Origin: Podarcis erhardii
Taxonomy: Eukaryota
Length of the DNA: 64,000 nt
Direction: 5' to 3' (one strand)
NCBI GenBank assembly: GCA_964252035.1
Contig: OZ176209.1
Positions within the stretch are counted from its first letter, which is position 1; each line of letters starts with the position of its first letter. This document shows, piece by piece, positions 49,662 through 62,015 of the stretch. The notes under the pieces are model-generated. The model saw only the letters and a list, made by a program, of their open reading frames with translations, had not been told where the DNA came from and did not search any database. The translations under genes and the position numbers were made by a program.

Positions 49662-50857
49662 CCACCCTGTCCCACAATCCTGATTGAAATTGCTTCCCTT
49701 GCTGCTCTTACAATTAGAGAAAAGAGTGGCGGAAATATCTGGTCCCACCCTCTGCCATTTCTGGCCCTGTCCACTGCTGGCAGATTACCTCCAATATCAT
49801 TCAGTTCTCAGTGGAAAAAAGGCTTGCCCACTCTTTCACTCATTGCTGCAGTCTTTTCGAGGCTCAAGGGCTGGATGTTGGCAGGTCAAGAACACAAGCT
49901 ATAGGCATAGTCTAAACCTTGGAAGAGGAACATCAGAGCATCAGGACTACATGCACAACCCTGCTGCTCAGTGCAAAAGTCAAGGGAGCAGGCAAATTGT
50001 TCTCCAAGGCTTGTTGGAGATCACGCATAATGACCAGAGAATGTACAAAATTAAGTCAACACACGCACATTCACCTAGGCCTGTTGGATACTGACCAGGA
50101 AATGTGCACAATTACCTCTTTTTGGATGGATTATGTGCACATTCTCCCTGAGGCTGATGAATGTGCACAATGGTTGGTTATACTGTACATTAAATGCTCA
50201 GCTTACATTACTCATAATAAATATCTACATACATGCACACATACAGTGCATCTGATTAGAATGTGATCTTCCTTCATAGAAGATAAATGGAAACTAAGAA
50301 GTCATAATATAATTTTTAAAACTGGGATTCCTTGTTTGTTGCACTTGCTGATTAAGCTGGTACATAATCAGAGCTTCCCAAATGTTATCAATCTACCGTC
50401 ATTTAGAAAGTTGCTTGGGAGACTTCCAATTATATACCCAACTTCAATGTTGTATATAATTGGTTAATAACGTCTTTAGGCAGGAATCCAGGGAAATTAA
50501 GTTCAAATTCATGAATTAGCACAGCTATTGGAGGTATGTATCTATGGTCTAATGTGAACACGTTCTTGGCAGTGATCAACAACCATTTTTCAGAACACTG
50601 GCAATGTTGGACATTCCTACCCAATGCAAAAGTATTATCCAAACTATCTACATACAATACCAGATATAGTTTGGGTGTATTAGGTGAAGGATGAATATTT
50701 CTTTTGCTGAAAACTTTCTCCTTCCATTACATTTGTTTTGATTAGTGAGGTTGGGGAAAAGGTTTAGAGACAATGCACTAAAATAAATCATTATATTTAT
50801 TTTAAAAATGAGTTGACTCAAGGCACACAGAGTCACATACTGTAATAAGTTGCATTT

Positions 50858-50859
<2 letters not shown>

Positions 50860-50889
<30 letters not shown>
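50860..50889. repeat. (TG)n microsatellite
   Basis: Direct reading. Confidence 0.95.
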
Positions 50890-50891
<2 letters not shown>

Positions 50892-52882
50892 GAAGTATTT
50901 TGTTTCTTTTGGGGCTCCTGGTCTCTTTCCATTTCTATCTCCATTGTTGTCTGTTAACTGCCAAACACTGATATGCAGAAAATGTTAAAACAAAAACCAG
51001 ACTAAAAAATCTCCTATATGTGGCAGGGGTCTGGGCACACATAGCTGAAGCAAGAATCTGCCCTGCTGAACAGATGGCATTGCATGATTGAACAGCTACA
51101 GTTCAACTCAGTTCAGTTTGTTAATTGCCTTTGGAAATACCAATAACAAATATTGTGAGTACAAAAACAGCAAATTCATCCTGATACAACCGGGAGGCAG
51201 AGAGACTGAGACACGGAGAGGGAAACATTCAAAAATAAATAAAACATTCAAACCATAAAAGCTTTCCATAGTTTAGTTGGGTGCTTTCTTCTTTTTACAA
51301 AATTCCCGGCTGCCAGTGCATATGAGGCTACAGCCTTAATAATGCCTGGCAATTTGAAACTAAGCAAGAATGCTAATTTAGGAAGAACAGCATATACAGC
51401 AAAGGATCTAAAATTGTCTTCAAGTGTTTTATTTAAGCGAAACGTACAATAATGTTAAAATCAACCTAAGATGAAATAGCTCTTCTGCATGAACTGCACA
51501 GACAGACACACAAATAACTCAATTTGCAGAGCACTTGTTGACACTGCCTGATATCTTAAGAAACAAAAAGGCAGTTAGCCACTTTGACCACTTCTTGAGT
51601 TTAGGGAGAGGGATGACCAGAATAGTCCTTGCATCTGCCAAATTATTACTGGTGTTGTCAGTGGGGGCAAACATCTATTTGGCGGTGACACAACGTGCTG
51701 GGCCTGATTTATTTCCTTGCAGAGCACCTTTCTTGTGCTTACAAATCAGTTCCCAAAGGATGATCTTTGCAACTCCTGCATCCTCCCGCACCATCAAAGC
51801 ACATCTCTGCGCACACTTCAACCTCTCTGGATCACAGTAAATGTCTTGCAGGTGACAGATTCAGCTTGCAAACATCTGATATTATTCATTATGTAACATG
51901 GAATTCTTCCTGAAAGGTTAAGGCATCTCTATGACATTATCCCTGTTCAGAATCTCACTGTTGGTCTAGCCCAATGGAACTTTCAAAGCAGCAGCTATGT
52001 GGCATTTCTTCTTTTCAAAACTTACTTATTTGGTTTAGAAACCTGGCTGATAGCGCATACTGATAAGGTAGCAATGAAATGTAATGAGCATCAAATATAG
52101 CAAAAGACAGGATTTTTTAATGCACACAAAATCAATTCCTTTTAAAATGTTTTCTTTCCGTTAACAATGTTTGTACAGAGAAGACACTACTGAATCCTCA
52201 AAAGTGTTCAGTGCTTTTCCAATGCACAGAGCAGTCATCTATGCACTGTCATTTATTTATTTATTTATTACTATTAATGTTGGGTAGTGCAAAGAAATCA
52301 TGTTTCTCAGACTGCCAGGCTGGCCTTTCTACAAAGAATGATAATGAATAATAATCATCAATTAATCTTAATTAATAAATAAGATTAATAATAACATTGA
52401 TGATTTTTTAAAGAAATAAAATCCTAGTAGTAGTTGCAGAACCAGCAATTCACAAGCAATTGTTTTACATGTCCAACCCCAAAACATTTAGTTGGGTTTG
52501 ATATGGCAAAAATCAGTGCTTTCTGAAAGACTGCAATGTCTTGCATCCTTACTTTAAAGTAAGCCCTGCTGAACTCAGTGTGACTGACCTTTGAGTACAG
52601 CTGCACCTGGCTAACATGCACATCAATACTTTAAAGTCAAATGCTACCCTACTACAGCTATCATCAAGCCTGCATGGCCACATTATGGGTGATATTCCTC
52701 CTGGATAGCATAAGGGTTCTGTTTAGATATAAACCCTCTGACCAGGTGTTTGTGGCAGCAGTTCCATTGCCAGAAGGCAAGGAGGAACCCTTACTCTTGG
52801 GAATTTTTGTGGGACCTCAGCTTGGAGTCCCCTCCCTCCAAACAGCAGGTGATGTTTCCTTTTGAAGCAAGGTTTGTCATCA

Positions 52883-53131
52883 CCAGTGTGGTATAGTGGT
52901 TAAAAGCGGTGGACTCGTAATCTGGTGAACTGGGTTCGCTTCCCCGCTCCTCCACATGCAGCTGCTGGGTGACCTTGGGCTAGTCACACTTCTCTGAAGT
53001 CTCTCAGCCCCACTCACCTCACAGAGTGTTTGTTGTGGGGGAGGAAGGAGATTGTTAGCCGCTTTGAGACTCCTTAGGGTAGTGATAAAGCGGGATATCA
53101 AATCCAAACTCCTCCTCCTCTTCTTCTTCTT
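52883..53131 (+). mobile_element. Squam3-like CORE SINE
   Basis: Near-identical to 49411-49661. Confidence 0.92.
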
Positions 53132-55084
53132 TTGATTCAGGGGCCCCAGAATGACTTCCACTAATAACAATACAGTTATCTTCTGCCTGCCTTATGACCA
53201 GAGCTGTATCTGGCTGCCATTCTTAGCACTTAACTACATGTAACACGAAATGTATCACACATACATTGTTCCAGAAAGAAATGCCCTCCTGTGCTGCAAT
53301 TGGTAGCAGAAAAGGGGCCCATTACCAATGGGAACTTCTGTTGTAGCAGGACAGGATAGTGTGGAGGGTTACATTCCCTTCGCATGTGTTGTGGTCCACA
53401 TTCAAAACAGACACACACCAAAAGCTTACTATTCAAATTTAAAAACATCACATGGTACTGCAGGCAGAGTTGGGTCATCAGATGAAGAAGAGGAGTATAG
53501 CCCTGAACTTTTTCACTTGTTATCGTATGTGGGGTGGGAAGAGTGATTCAACAATGGCTGCCTGTTTTGCTTCTAGAAGTCTCACCCAAGCTCCCAGTCC
53601 CAGTCATAGGGATGGAGACAGAATGCAGTGTCAGAAAAGGAGGTGCCAATACAGGGCCACGGAAGGAGCACAGCAAATGACAAGGAAGCAACTCACCTCC
53701 TCATTTCTTCCCTCCTGGAATCCCTGACAAGCAGACTTCATTCTCTTTCTTTCCTATCCACCCGACAGCCTCATACCTCTTCCATTTTAACTCCTCCTTA
53801 ACAGCTTAAAGCCTGTCTGTAAGGGATGGGGGAATTAAGGAACTGGCCCACCAACCAGATCCAGTTCCTCTTCTCCAAATTAGGGTGTGTTTACATTTCT
53901 AACCTAAATCACTTTTGCCACAGCTGCTCCTGACTCTGTCCTGGTGACCCCTCTAGGTATTAAAGTTCTGATAGAAGAGTAGAGCATCTAACGTGTCCCT
54001 CACAAACTCCCCAGTGTTGAAATATGTGATAAAGTTGCTGCTGCATTAAAAGGATGCTGGGCTCTCCCAGAAATAAAGTTACTGAAATAATGTCTCAGGG
54101 CTGAAACTTTAAAACTGATTCATATAACCATATATAAATAGCACCACTCTCACAAATGACATACCAAAAATGCCACTATTTCTTCCAGACTAGACTAATT
54201 GTGGTCTAGTTTGGGGACTGGTTGAATATTGTGTGTGTGCATGTGTGATCACTTTGTTATGTTCACTTACTGGTTTTACCTTATTCCATAGTATTTTACA
54301 AGCTAACAAAACTGAAGCCAAAACATTTCCCAAGACATTGATTTTTAGAACATTCATTTCATTATTACAGCTGACAGCATGATATTTTCTTCCACAGGAG
54401 AGAGAGAAAAATCCCGCTTTCTCTCCACTCGCTTCCCTAATCAACCAAAATGGTTTCTGTTTAACCTGCCGGCAAAGTAGCAATTTTCATTTATTAAAAC
54501 ATTCTTTTTGGTACTTATCAATGGACGTGGAAAGCTGAAGAACCACTTCCCCTTACCCTGAAGCTATCCCTGCCATCTTCATTATGCCCCAGCTTCAAAC
54601 TTTCCTTACTGTACTCAGCATTGAATGTGTCAGGAGCAGAGACCCATCTAATTTGCAATTAACACTAAGGGTCCTACATGGAAAGTTTAGGAAGGTGACA
54701 GGAATAATAGATATATTTAGAATAATACATTTTGCAAGTTTGCCTCAAAACAGCAAGTTATATGTACATTTCAATTTTGTGCATAAATCTCACCATAAGC
54801 TGTTGGGTTTCTAGTCTGCAGCCCAAACATACCTTCTTGATGTTTGATTTATCGTACATATTGAGGCAGCTTTTAATTTTAGCGACAGTTCAAGAGGTGC
54901 TGCCCTCCTGTTGTGCTGCTTCTTGAGCAAGGCTTAATGTCTCCTAAAGCAGAACAACTAAGCTGGGAGAAAACCATTGTCTGATGTCTCCTGCCTTTCT
55001 TCCATGGCAAAGTAATAAGGACATAATTGCTAGAACCCATGCTTGCCTCATTATGTCATTATTACTCCTCCATGTAAGAAAGGC

Positions 55085-55255
55085 GGGAGATATAGGGCGA
55101 TTCACTTGCCTTATACCAAATGAAACCATAGGGTCTATCTAACTCAGCAACATCCAAACTAATTGGCAGTGGCTCTCCAGGCTTTCTGAAAGGGTTTTCT
55201 CCCAGGCCTACATGGAGGTCCCAGGGGTTGACCATGGGATCAGCTACAGCCCTAC
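55085..55255 (-). mobile_element. Squam2-like SINE, decayed
   Basis: ttgccttatacc...ggtctatctaactcag...ggcagtggctctccagg...gctacagccc. Confidence 0.6.
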
Positions 55256-55320
55256 CTGAATGCTGATCTACAATGATGTTCCTGTGCATTGACTGCAATG
55301 CTAGATACAGATACTATACT

Positions 55321-55595
55321 AGAAGGAGGAGGAGGAGGAGGAGGAGGAGGAGGAGGAGAGTAGTAGTTTGGATTTGATATCCCGCTTTATCACTACCCGA
55401 AGGAGTCTCAAAGCGGCTAACATTCTCCTTTCCCTTCCTCCCCCACAACAAACACTCTGTGAGGTGAGTGGGGCTGAGAGACTTCAGAGAAGTGTGACTA
55501 GCCCAAGGTCACCCAGCAGCTGCATGTGGAGGAGCGGAGACGCGAACCCGGTTCCCCAGATTACGAGTCCACCACTCTTAACCACTACACCACAC
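55321..55595 (-). mobile_element. Squam3-like CORE SINE with (GGA)n tail
   Basis: Reverse complement of the 49411 family; CpGs largely intact, suggesting a young copy. Confidence 0.92.
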
Positions 55596-55679
55596 AACAG
55601 TTGGGGAGAACTTGAAAGCTCGCTTGCCATTTTGTGATTGAAACATAGGAAAGAAACATAAGACACTGAGTAAGGGTTC

Positions 55680-55827
55680 ATCTTCCTCAGTATTGTTTAA
55701 ACTGACTGGTAGCAGCTCTCCGGGGTTTTAGGCAGAGTCTCTCCCAGCCCTACCTGGCAATGTCTGGGGTTGAACTTAGGACCTTTGGTATACAAAGCAG
55801 ATGCTGTAGCGCTGAGCTACAGCCCTA
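55680..55827 (-). mobile_element. Squam2-like SINE
   Basis: ctcagtattg...actgactgg...agtctctcccagccctacctgg...caaagcagatgctgtagcgctgagctacagccc (reverse tRNA-Ala head). Confidence 0.7.
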
Positions 55828-57310
55828 CCCCACACTTTTTCTAATAAAGGCATTTCCCAGTTGTTGGATTTTGACGTTTTCCTAATGCACCAATATAGCT
55901 TTCTCTGCTTTCTTTTTTTAAGGGGGCCATGTTGCTATATACCTGGGGCAATGTGATGACTGTCCAGTGCATAGAATCTGGGTCTAGTAATATGTCCCTG
56001 GGTATGATGTAAACCACCCTGTGATCTTCAGATGAAGCACAGTATATAAATTTAATTAATAATAGGTAGTTGTCAAATAGTAGAAGTGAATTCAAATACA
56101 ACAAGGAAGTATTTCCTAAAGATCAAAGAAAAAGAAATATGCATAATCTAGTAAGGCTCAAAGCTTGCATCACGAAAGTTGTATCCCACAGCGCAGTCAA
56201 AGGTGCTACAAGCCGCTGGTATTAAGGACAGAAAAGTGACTTGCATACATTCTTTTCAAATTCAATCAGGCTACATAATCCTCCACTCAGCTGCAACCAA
56301 ATACATTTAACTGATTTCAGAAGGAATTATGAACACAGAAGAGGGCAAAGCATCACAGCATAAAAACTGAGTAGATGCATGCTCAGTCCAATTGATTTAG
56401 ATGGGTTTTGCACATCATAACCATGTAAAGCTAACAACAATAGGCAGTATCAGTTAATAAATGCTGATGCCAAGCTATCAATCTAGCCAATGCCCAGGGG
56501 AGCCAGAAAAATGTGTGCAAATCCATAGATGGTGAAGCTCAGAAAGACCATAATAAATGCTAAAACATGAGATGCTGGGATTGAGCAGGTGAAATCATTT
56601 CTACTGAACCCGGTGCTCAGCATGTTTTATTAACTAAGCTTTACTGAGAAATCAAACGAGTTTCAAATGTCTGTGGTCATTAGAACATCTCTGTACTTTG
56701 TGTATGCACACACACGACCACAGAAAAACAGGCTTAGGTAAATAGTAAATTAATGTTTCCTTAAAAGCCCCCAATGATAAAATGATCAGAGAATTCTACA
56801 GCTGCAAGCTTATACAATGTTCTGTCTGGGCAAGTTAGGCAGAACTGTGTAGTTCTGCACTACCTGCCTTAAAAAAAGTCCTTCTGTCACACTAATCTAC
56901 CAATGCAAATATTTTCCAATATTATCCATTAGGGAGTTGCTTCTGTGGCCTACGAGATGCCATGCTACAAACCATGCTCCACTCTGCCCTTTCCTTCCCT
57001 TCTTTCCACACAACCTAATATCATCTCTGCAGGAAGGTTATAGATTGGTACAAAAGCATTTCTGCCCCAACAAGCAGAAGGGAGCCAAGTTATTTTCTTA
57101 TACCAGAGTTTTCCATATGGGATACATAGGGCTTGCACTTTTGTTTCCACTTTTCCATGTCTTTTCCACAATTATTTGTAAGTACTTAGATACAATATCA
57201 AAGCACATGTAAGTATTACACAGAATGTTCCTAACTCTTCTTTGTGCTAGAGTTGTGCCTTAAGATCAACAATTGGTACCCACTTAAGTTTTACTACAGC
57301 CTGATGAGTA

Positions 57311-57526
57311 CAGTGGTACCTCGGGTTACATACGCTTCAGGTTACAGACTCCGCTAACCCAGAAATAGTACCTCGGGTTAAGAACTTTACTTCAGGATGA
57401 GAACAGAAATCGTGCTCCGGCGGCAGCAGGAGGAGGCCTCAGGTGGTGGTGCTTCAGGTTAAGAACAGTTTCAGGTTAAGAACAAACCTCCAGAACGAAT
57501 TAAGTTCTTAACCCGAGGTACCACTG
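57311..57526 (-). mobile_element. Tigger/pogo-type MITE
   Basis: Perfect TIRs CAGTGGTACCTCGGGTTA...TAACCCGAGGTACCACTG, TA flanks; reverse orientation of the 9909 family. Confidence 0.92.
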
Positions 57527-57641
57527 TATAGGCTTTTTGTGACCCAGAGGCAGGCTTTTCCATTGGTAGCACCAACTTTGCTGAAATCCAAGAGGCCTTG
57601 ACCGTACTGGCATTCAACCAGCTTTTGAAAATGCACAGCCA

Positions 57642-58683
57642 TTGCAGGTCAAGGCCCTGAGTCCTCCCCCATTTCTTGGATAATAAAACATACGGACACC
57701 AAAATTTGGGTTAATGGGACAACTTTATTTGTTACAGATGTGAGCAGTATTGGCTTAGGCATTAGAATTGAACTGACTATATCTGACTCCTGCCCGCCAT
57801 GCAGGTAGTCTGGTAAGGGTCAACCACCAGCAGGGGGAGCCCTGTTGATGTACATCAACTGCGAGCTCCCCCAGGGTCCCCAATGGGGTCGTGGCTTCGG
57901 ACAAGATCCACACACCCAGATTCCTTTAATGGAATACCCTTAAAGAGGAGGGACAGTTGAAGGCCACAACCTCCCCTCCTATAAACCAGGTTTTACCAAT
58001 GCCTAAGCACCACTCGAGGGATGCGGGTGGCGCTGTGGGTAAAACCTCAGTGCCTAGGACTTGCCGATCGCATGGTCGGCGGTTCGAATCCCCGCGGTGG
58101 GGTGCGCTCCCGTCGTTCGGTCCCAGCGCCTGCCAACCTAGCGGTTCGAAAGCACCTCTGGGTGCAAGTAGATAAATAGGGACCGCTTACCAGAGGGAAG
58201 GTAAACGGCGTTCCGTGTGCTGCGCTGGTTCGCCAGATGCAGCTTGTCACGCTGGCCACGTGACCCGGAAGTGTCTGCGGACAGCGCTGGCTCCCGGCCT
58301 ATAGAGTGAGATGAGCGCACAACCCTAGAGTCTGGCAAGACTGGCCCGTACGGGCAGGGGTACCTTTACCTTTACCTTTAAGCACCACTCGAGCCAAACA
58401 GCTCGCCAGCAACACCCTCACACCTGCAACCAACACCTAATGCCCTCAGTGATATCGGCCAACCAGACATTGTTTCCCCAATCGGAAAGATGAACACCGA
58501 GGAAGAAAGAGGCAAGAAGGTAGAGACCCCCAGCCACACGGCCATTTAAATGGTGCAAGCCACGCCCCTTGGCCAGCCAGATTGGTCAGCTGGGGGCTGA
58601 GACGTGGCTGGGACTCCCTGTGACATGGGCAGCATCACCACACACCCCGCTGTACATGGGGAGAGCACATGACCTACCTGCAA
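57642..58683 (-). mobile_element. Solo terminal-repeat unit of a DIRS/Ngaro-like retroelement (tentative), interrupted by a Sauria SINE
   Basis: Minus strand order: CCAAT (58581-58585), GGGGCGTGGC (58559-58568), ATTTAAAT (58544-58551), pyrimidine tract, hairpins, AATAAA (57724-57729), end gacctgcaa; no TSD found; homologous to 5273-5455. Boundaries inferred. Confidence 0.5.
58019..58378 (+). mobile_element. Full-length young Sauria (Squam1) SINE
   Basis: tRNA head ggtggcgctgtgg...ggttcgaatccc, body tagataaatagggaccgc, (ACCTTT)n tail; exact 15-bp TSD TAAGCACCACTCGAG at 58004-58018 and 58379-58393. Confidence 0.95.
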
Positions 58684-59045
58684 CCCCACCCCCCAGGGAA
58701 GGGGAGCAGCCTTCTCCTGATCTCTCAACCTGAGACTCCCATTTTACTTTTTCTGTTTTACTGTGTGTTTTAACTATGGGTGCTTATAAAATTGGTTTTT
58801 ATGCTTGGTAGACTGTTTAGAAGCAAATTTTTGCATGAAGCAGCACATCATCATCATCATCATAATATAATCATCAAACAAAAAACTGCACTGAGAATGC
58901 TCCTGTACTATCAAGGAGGTCCCCACAGACACAGACTCCCAAGGTCAAAATAACCATTACAACCAACACCCTTTATGATCAATTACTTTGTGTGTTAGGC
59001 TATCTTGCATAAAACAGTCCTTTAGGCAAGTTCATGCTATTATGC

Positions 59046-59181
59046 CAGGTGTGGAGATACTGCAGCCCTCCAGATATCATTGGACCCCAACTCTCATCAG
59101 CCCCAGGCAGCAGGACCGACTTAGGCATGATGAGAATTGTAGTCCACCAACATCTGGAGGGCCAGAAGTTCCCCATTCCTG
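59046..59181. mobile_element. Older 136-bp palindromic hAT MITE
   Basis: CAGGTGTGGAGA...TTCCCCATTCCTG; TSD TATTATGC/CATTATGC (7/8, nnnTAnnn). Confidence 0.8.
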
Positions 59182-60590
59182 CATTATGCTATTAATGTGA
59201 TAACTGCAATTATCAATTGAAAATTTAATGTTGTAATCCTATGCACAATACAGAATAAGCCCAACTGAACATAGCAGACCTTACTTTTGAGTATACATGA
59301 ATAAAATTAGTATGCATAAATTTTATGTTTGTTTGAGGTACTGCAGTATCAGATCAGCTATTAGCCATCTTTCTGGGCCACAAATTTCATATCTGACTAT
59401 TGGTCAAAAACAGATGTTGCTCTCCAGAAGTTGCTGAGTTCAAAAATCAAATGATCCCTGACCTGACCATTGGCCATGCATCTTGGGATAATTAGAGCTC
59501 TAGTCCAAAACATCTGGAAGGCATAAAGTTGTAGGAAAGCAAGGGTGACAGACCTTGACTTGCAGAATGCAATATCTGCATTGTTCTATTGATGTAAGTA
59601 CACTTCTGAAATGTGCAGCTGCATTCCGTAAGAGTCAGTTGATCGCTCCCGAGCTCTGCTTCCAGCCATGTGCTTCTGATTTAGCAAGAAAGCTCCCAAC
59701 CCTGATCAGCAATAATAATCAGTAATCTATATCAAGTTCCATTGGAATCTGTGATTGCCTCCTCAACAGGAGCAAAGCTGGTAGGTGATCAGCTTCTTAG
59801 GGTTTGGGCTATCACCTGTCAGATGAAGGGCATCACTTCGTGTGAATGTGTCAGCTCATCTCAGTTACTCTGTTCCTTCTTGACAGCGTTTCTTCTGGGT
59901 TCCTGTTTGCTAAGAGATCAGGCTTAAAATGGGCCATATCAAAGCCACAAATGAATGAAGGTAATTGAAGAGTAAGCGTTGCACGCATGAAACTAGAAAT
60001 TTGGCAGTCGCTGGCTCTCCTGCCACAGCACAGGAGTAAACAAAACTACAGCTAATTTCTTTATCCTTTCCAAAAAGTACAGTTTTAAAACATACTCAAC
60101 CCTTTAGGAGAGGCTGTTCTATAAATAAATAAAAGCACACATCACTCTCCTGTCTCGTAAATACTGTATCTGTCACTCAAACAGATGCCAATGAGCACAG
60201 TATCGCCTGAGCAGTTCCATTTTCATTCTGCTGAAATGATGCAGCTGTGGTAGGTGCACAGGAAAACACTGGCTTGATTGACAGATGTTCATACTACTGC
60301 GGGAATGCGCTCACCTTCCTGTGTTCTTAGGGTGAGATTCTGCCCAAAGATTACACTTAGCTTTCACATTCCCTTTACAGAAAGTGTTTTTAATCATACA
60401 GAAACACTTTAAGATAATGGATATGAAGCTTGCTCATAATGTCAGTAGCAAAGGTCAAACTGATAAAGGAAAGCAGGATTCACACCTTTAGGAAATAAAT
60501 CACTGGTGTCAGGTAGTGGAATATGAGATTATAAGAGCTAGAGGAGGCATCAAACTGTGGAGCAAAAGTATCACATGGTCCACATTTGTC

Positions 60591-60593
<3 letters not shown>

Positions 60594-60639
<46 letters not shown>
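60594..60639. repeat. (TA)n microsatellite
   Basis: Direct reading. Confidence 0.95.
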
Positions 60640-60640
<1 letters not shown>

Positions 60641-61559
60641 TAGCAACATGGGTGAAAAGAGGTCAAAAGCAAGCTAACAAAGTGCTTTAAAACTTTGTAA
60701 CTAAAGCATATGTAATCTTCCTCAGAAGATCTTCTGTTGAGATTTTCAAAATAATTATTTTCATTACTTATTACATTTATTGACTTATACGGGATATTTT
60801 GATACATTCCCAAAAAGTTCCTGTCTAAAGGCCAGGGATAGGATCAGATGATCCATTGCAATTCTGATTCTCTGTGAAGGTCCAGGCAAAGGTAGATTCA
60901 CAAACTATTTTATATTCCTTTCCAGCTAAAGAACTTGATTGCATACAGCCAGCAGATCTCTAATAGGAAAAAAGAAATCAATTTCCTCAGAAGCTACATT
61001 GTCTGATGGAAGAGATATATCAAAACGCAAGCGTCATGTTGGTACCTGCTTTGTGTCTGTCAACAAAAAAAGGCATGCATTTCTTTTGAAAACAAATATT
61101 TTGTGGCCAGAACAACCTCGTTAAAATTTCACCACCTATTACTGGAAAGCCCAGGCTGGGTTTTTTATCCGGAATTTACTTCTGGATGGAACTGGCATGC
61201 TCCTGAGCTTGTGTGGGCATTCACAGGGAGTCCAGCTCCATACCCGCCCAGATAGGCAGAAACCTTCCTCAGAGCTGCAAGTAGATGCATCTTCCAAGCT
61301 GTCTTCAAGTGCAGCCCCATGCAGAGTATACTGCAACAGTTAAATCTGCAGTTAACAGAGCTTGGATCACTGTGGCCAGCTTAGCCCTATCCAGGACAGC
61401 TAACCAGCTAAAGATGGAAATTGGCACTCCAAACAACCGAAGCCATCAATGCCTCAAGCAACATAGATGGATCAAAGCTACACACCTGTTCCTTCCTGGG
61501 GAACTGCCCTTCTACCTACTTCTCAGGCTCAAAGATGCAACACATCTTGTTCAGATTCA

Positions 61560-62015
61560 GTTTCAATTTATTAGCCCACATCCAACCCATTGCCATCTCC
61601 AAGCACCTGATTCTCCTGCTTTTATTCAGATGGAATGGGTGTCATTGACATACTGATGGCACATTACTCCCAATCCACTCTCAATTTTACCCATGGATGC
61701 TATCTGTCCAGATTTTAATTTGCTCTGAGCTAATTTTAAGCTGTATTTTAATTAACTGATTGCCTGTTTTTATGTTCTTATGTTCTTTCTATACTGTTAC
61801 AAGTAGGTAGCCGTGTTGGTCTGCCGTAGTCGAAGAAGTGTGCATGCACACAAAAGCTCATACCAATAACAAACTTAGTTGGTCTCTAAGGTGCTACTGG
61901 AAGGAATTTTTTTTTTTTTTTTTTTTTTTTTGTATACTGTGTTAGTTTTATGATGTTAGCCGCCCTGAGCCTGGCTCCGGCCAGGGAGGGTGGGGTACAA
62001 ATAAAATTTTATCTA
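61560..62015 (+). mobile_element. Old L2 3' UTR/tail, interrupted by a Penelope fragment
   Basis: Ends gttagccgccctgagcctgg...gggagggtggggtacaaataaa, an L2-type tail; left boundary approximate. Confidence 0.55.
61798..61932. mobile_element. Penelope-like element terminal (pLTR) fragment with inversion junction
   Basis: gtagccgtgttggtctgccgtagtc joined to gaagaagtgtgcatgcacacaaaagctcatacc...ttagttggtctctaaggtgctactgg plus poly-T, matching lizard Penelope pLTRs as I recall them; 8-bp duplication TATACTGT at 61790-61797 and 61933-61940. Confidence 0.8.

Noticed and set aside
49307-49904. 155-aa and 104-aa ORFs
   Set aside because: Read-through across Squam3 SINE and L1 junction; the same peptides recur at 52880 and 55368.
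51723-51851. 129-nt open plus-strand exon candidate
   Set aside because: Weak donor (gtgaca), unrecognised peptide, no linked exons.
57642-58683. Canonical solo LTR
   Set aside because: TG...CA ends can be drawn but no 4-6-bp TSD flanks them.
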